This document shows positions 32,601-33,088 of a DNA stretch of 33,088 nt, one piece after another; position 1 is the first letter of the stretch; each line of letters opens with the position of its first letter. Origin of the DNA: Cyanophora paradoxa CCMP329. Lineage: Eukaryota; Plantae; Glaucophyta. The stretch covers positions 1 to 33,088 of the forward strand of contig QPMI01000077.1 in NCBI GenBank assembly GCA_004431415.1. The letters run 5' to 3'. The notes under the pieces were generated by a model. That model searched no databases. It was not told where the DNA came from and was given only the letters and a program-made list of their open reading frames with translations. The position numbers were made by a program, and so were the translations under genes.

Positions 32601-33088
32601 AGGGGGAACATGCACGAGGCGCTAGCCTTAGGCAGGTGCACCCAGCCCAGCAGAGGACTACTAAGAGGCTCTGCCCTTCCAAGTGGGAGCCCCATTGAGT
32701 GTTTGGGGACTTGCATGTTTCCTGGGTTCACTCCTTCTTAGCCCTGGTCAGTTTGAATTCCCGTTGGGCCCACAACAGCAAGGTCAGGTGCACACAAACA
32801 CTTTCCAGGGGGAACATGCACAAGGCGCTAGCCTTAGGCAGGTGCACCCTGCCCAGCAGAGGCCCTTTAAGAGGCTCTGCCCTTCCAAGTGGGACCCCCA
32901 CCTAGTGTTTGGGGACTTGCATGTTTCCTGGGTTCACTCCTTCTTAGCCCTGGTCAGTTTGAATTCCCGTTGGGTCCACAACAGCAAGGTCAGGTGCACA
33001 CAAAACTTTCCAGGGGGAAAATGCACAAGGCGCTAGCCTTAGGCAGATGCACCCAGCCCAGCAGAGGACTACTAAGAGGCTCTGCCTT
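26665..33088 (+). repeat. Satellite B, ~206-bp unit with length variants, about 31 copies, runs off the window end
   Basis: Unit ...GGGGAACATGCACAAGGCGCTAGCCTTAGGCAGGTGCACCC...GAGTGTTTGGGGACTTG...GAATTCCCG...; 206- and 214-bp spacings. Confidence 0.97.

Noticed and set aside
26630-33036. Many 60-177 aa ORFs in satellite B
   Set aside because: They occur in several frames on both strands and break with each monomer indel; not coding.

Overview
The window is eukaryotic repeat-rich DNA in four blocks. (1) 1-11415: a complete, compact (11.4 kb), AT-rich endogenous DNA virus of the Polinton/Polinton-like type, bounded by 293-bp terminal inverted repeats. It encodes a tandem DUF5710-like protein, a retroviral-type integrase (D,D38,D), a protein-primed DNA polymerase B, a minor capsid protein, a major capsid protein that looks Nucleocytoviricota-like, and an A32-type packaging ATPase; no separate maturation protease was seen. 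Integrase and polymerase carry five inferred 1-bp deletions. A ~0.47-kb internal inversion with 4-bp microhomology splits both the minor capsid gene and its neighbour, and flipping it back restores both ORFs in frame. (2) 11416-16873: a 125-bp satellite that directly abuts the right TIR. (3) 16874-26664: a GC-rich nest of decayed elements: an unknown minus-strand gene interrupted by an 883-bp insert with a 21-bp TSD, and a 5'-truncated RNase H-bearing non-LTR retrotransposon (15-bp TSD) inserted in the 3' UTR of an older relative; neither has a poly(A) tail and both end in a conserved, apparently structured 3' block. (4) 26665-33088: a ~206-bp satellite sharing a core with the 125-bp satellite in opposite orientation. 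All family calls come from motif recognition by eye; no searches were run and the host cannot be identified.
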